Position numbers and translations under genes: made by a program
The notes under the pieces: generated by a model
Told to the model about the DNA's origin: nothing
What the model saw: only the letters and a program-made list of their open reading frames with translations
Database searches by the model: none
NCBI GenBank assembly: GCA_963820825.1
Contig: CAWGBN010000002.1
Location: 347,949-411,948, forward strand
DNA length: 64,000 nt
Origin: Vulcanimicrobiota bacterium
GTDB lineage: Bacteria > Vulcanimicrobiota > Vulcanimicrobiia > Vulcanimicrobiales > Vulcanimicrobiaceae
Direction of reading: 5' to 3'
Part shown: one piece after another, positions 63,388 through 64,000 of the stretch
Layout: each line of letters starts with the position of its first letter
Numbering within the stretch: position 1 is the first letter of the stretch

Positions 63388-63747
63388 TTAGGTATCGCGA
63401 GCCTCCCGGAAATAGAAGGCGCTGCCGTGCTTGGCCAGCCTCACGCTAGCAATCGCGCCCTTTGCGGTGATGTGGTTCTTGGCGGCTCGCATCTGCGCGT
63501 CGCGCTTGTCGTTGCTGGGTAGCGTGATGATTTCAAATGCGCCGGTATCGTCGCGCGCGACGGTGACTTTCCAGCGGGCTTCGCCCGTGAAGCTACCCTT
63601 TGGATCGAAGTCCACGGCAGCGATCGTGAAGGTTACGTCGCCGGCGATGTATTCGTCCTTCTTCGCGTAGCGAGCGCCGTCGGACGAGAACGAAAACTCG
63701 GTGGGCTCTTGCGCGGCATTCTTGCGCTTGCGTGTGGTGGTTTTCAT
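63388..63747 (-). CDS. Small beta-rich protein (119 aa), possible ssDNA-binding protein
   Basis: GGGAGG RBS before the ATG at 63747; aromatic, beta-strand-rich sequence; upstream of the PolB operon. Confidence 0.6.
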   Translation of the reverse strand: MKTTTRKRKNAAQEPTEFSFSSDGARYAKKDEYIAGDVTFTIAAVDFDPKGSFTGEARWKVTVARDDTGAFEIITLPSNDKRDAQMRAAKNHITAKGAIASVRLAKHGSAFYFREARDT

Positions 63748-64000
63748 GATGCCTCCCGAAATATCTGCTTGCGCCGCCTTGGCGACGCTGAGTATGAACC
63801 GCGCGTCAATGGCGACGTTGTGTAACATCTCACTCGCTCGTTTAGCTCCCATCGCGACGCACGCCTGTGCGATCTCAGCCGGATCGTCGGGCCACCGGTC
63901 GAGCGACGAGCCGTCTTCGTACGGATCGCCCAGCGCGATCGCCAAGTCGCGCGACGTAGCCCGCGATCGCCTTTTGATCCTTCGTCGCTTTCGCGCGACG

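Larger units (their letters stand above)
58368..64000. mobile_element. Edge of a putative PolB-encoding integrated element, continuing beyond the window
   Basis: Coupled HTH, HNH-like and PolB genes plus a convergent HEPN-motif cargo gene. Boundaries not established. Confidence 0.65.

Overview
A GC-rich bacterial chromosomal window. TonB-dependent receptors and a heptose epimerase indicate a diderm; ymdB-spoVS synteny and many paralogous beta-propeller lipoproteins suggest Vulcanimicrobiota/Eremiobacterota (inference). 1-4.4 kb: end of an IS3-family element, two paralogous lipoproteins, tRNA-Asn. 4.4-14.1 kb: PolDom primase-polymerase plus LigC-type ligase, metK, ahcY, dacB, PHP, spoVS, ymdB. 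14.2-20 kb: two convergent TonB-dependent receptors, each preceded by a putative metal-sensing leader ORF with a near-terminal RPPP whose codons can pair with the receptor's Shine-Dalgarno site. One leader (54 aa, CxxC) is missing from the ORF track. 20-42.5 kb: hldD, SCO/TlpA/MauE cluster, ECF sigma-antisigma-RseB, a third receptor, HDAC, TPR, etfAB, M61 peptidase, ROK kinase, TAP-like hydrolase, PNGase A. 42.6-58.2 kb: secreted-protein tract with a gene-fragment cassette bounded by att-like direct repeats. 58.3-64 kb: a HEPN-motif gene and the edge of a putative self-synthesizing mobile element (possible SSB, HTH, HNH-like, 1016-aa family B DNA polymerase), with no integrase or Cas1 in view. 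Many frameshifts at about 7-9.5 kb and 24-37 kb look like sequencing indels.
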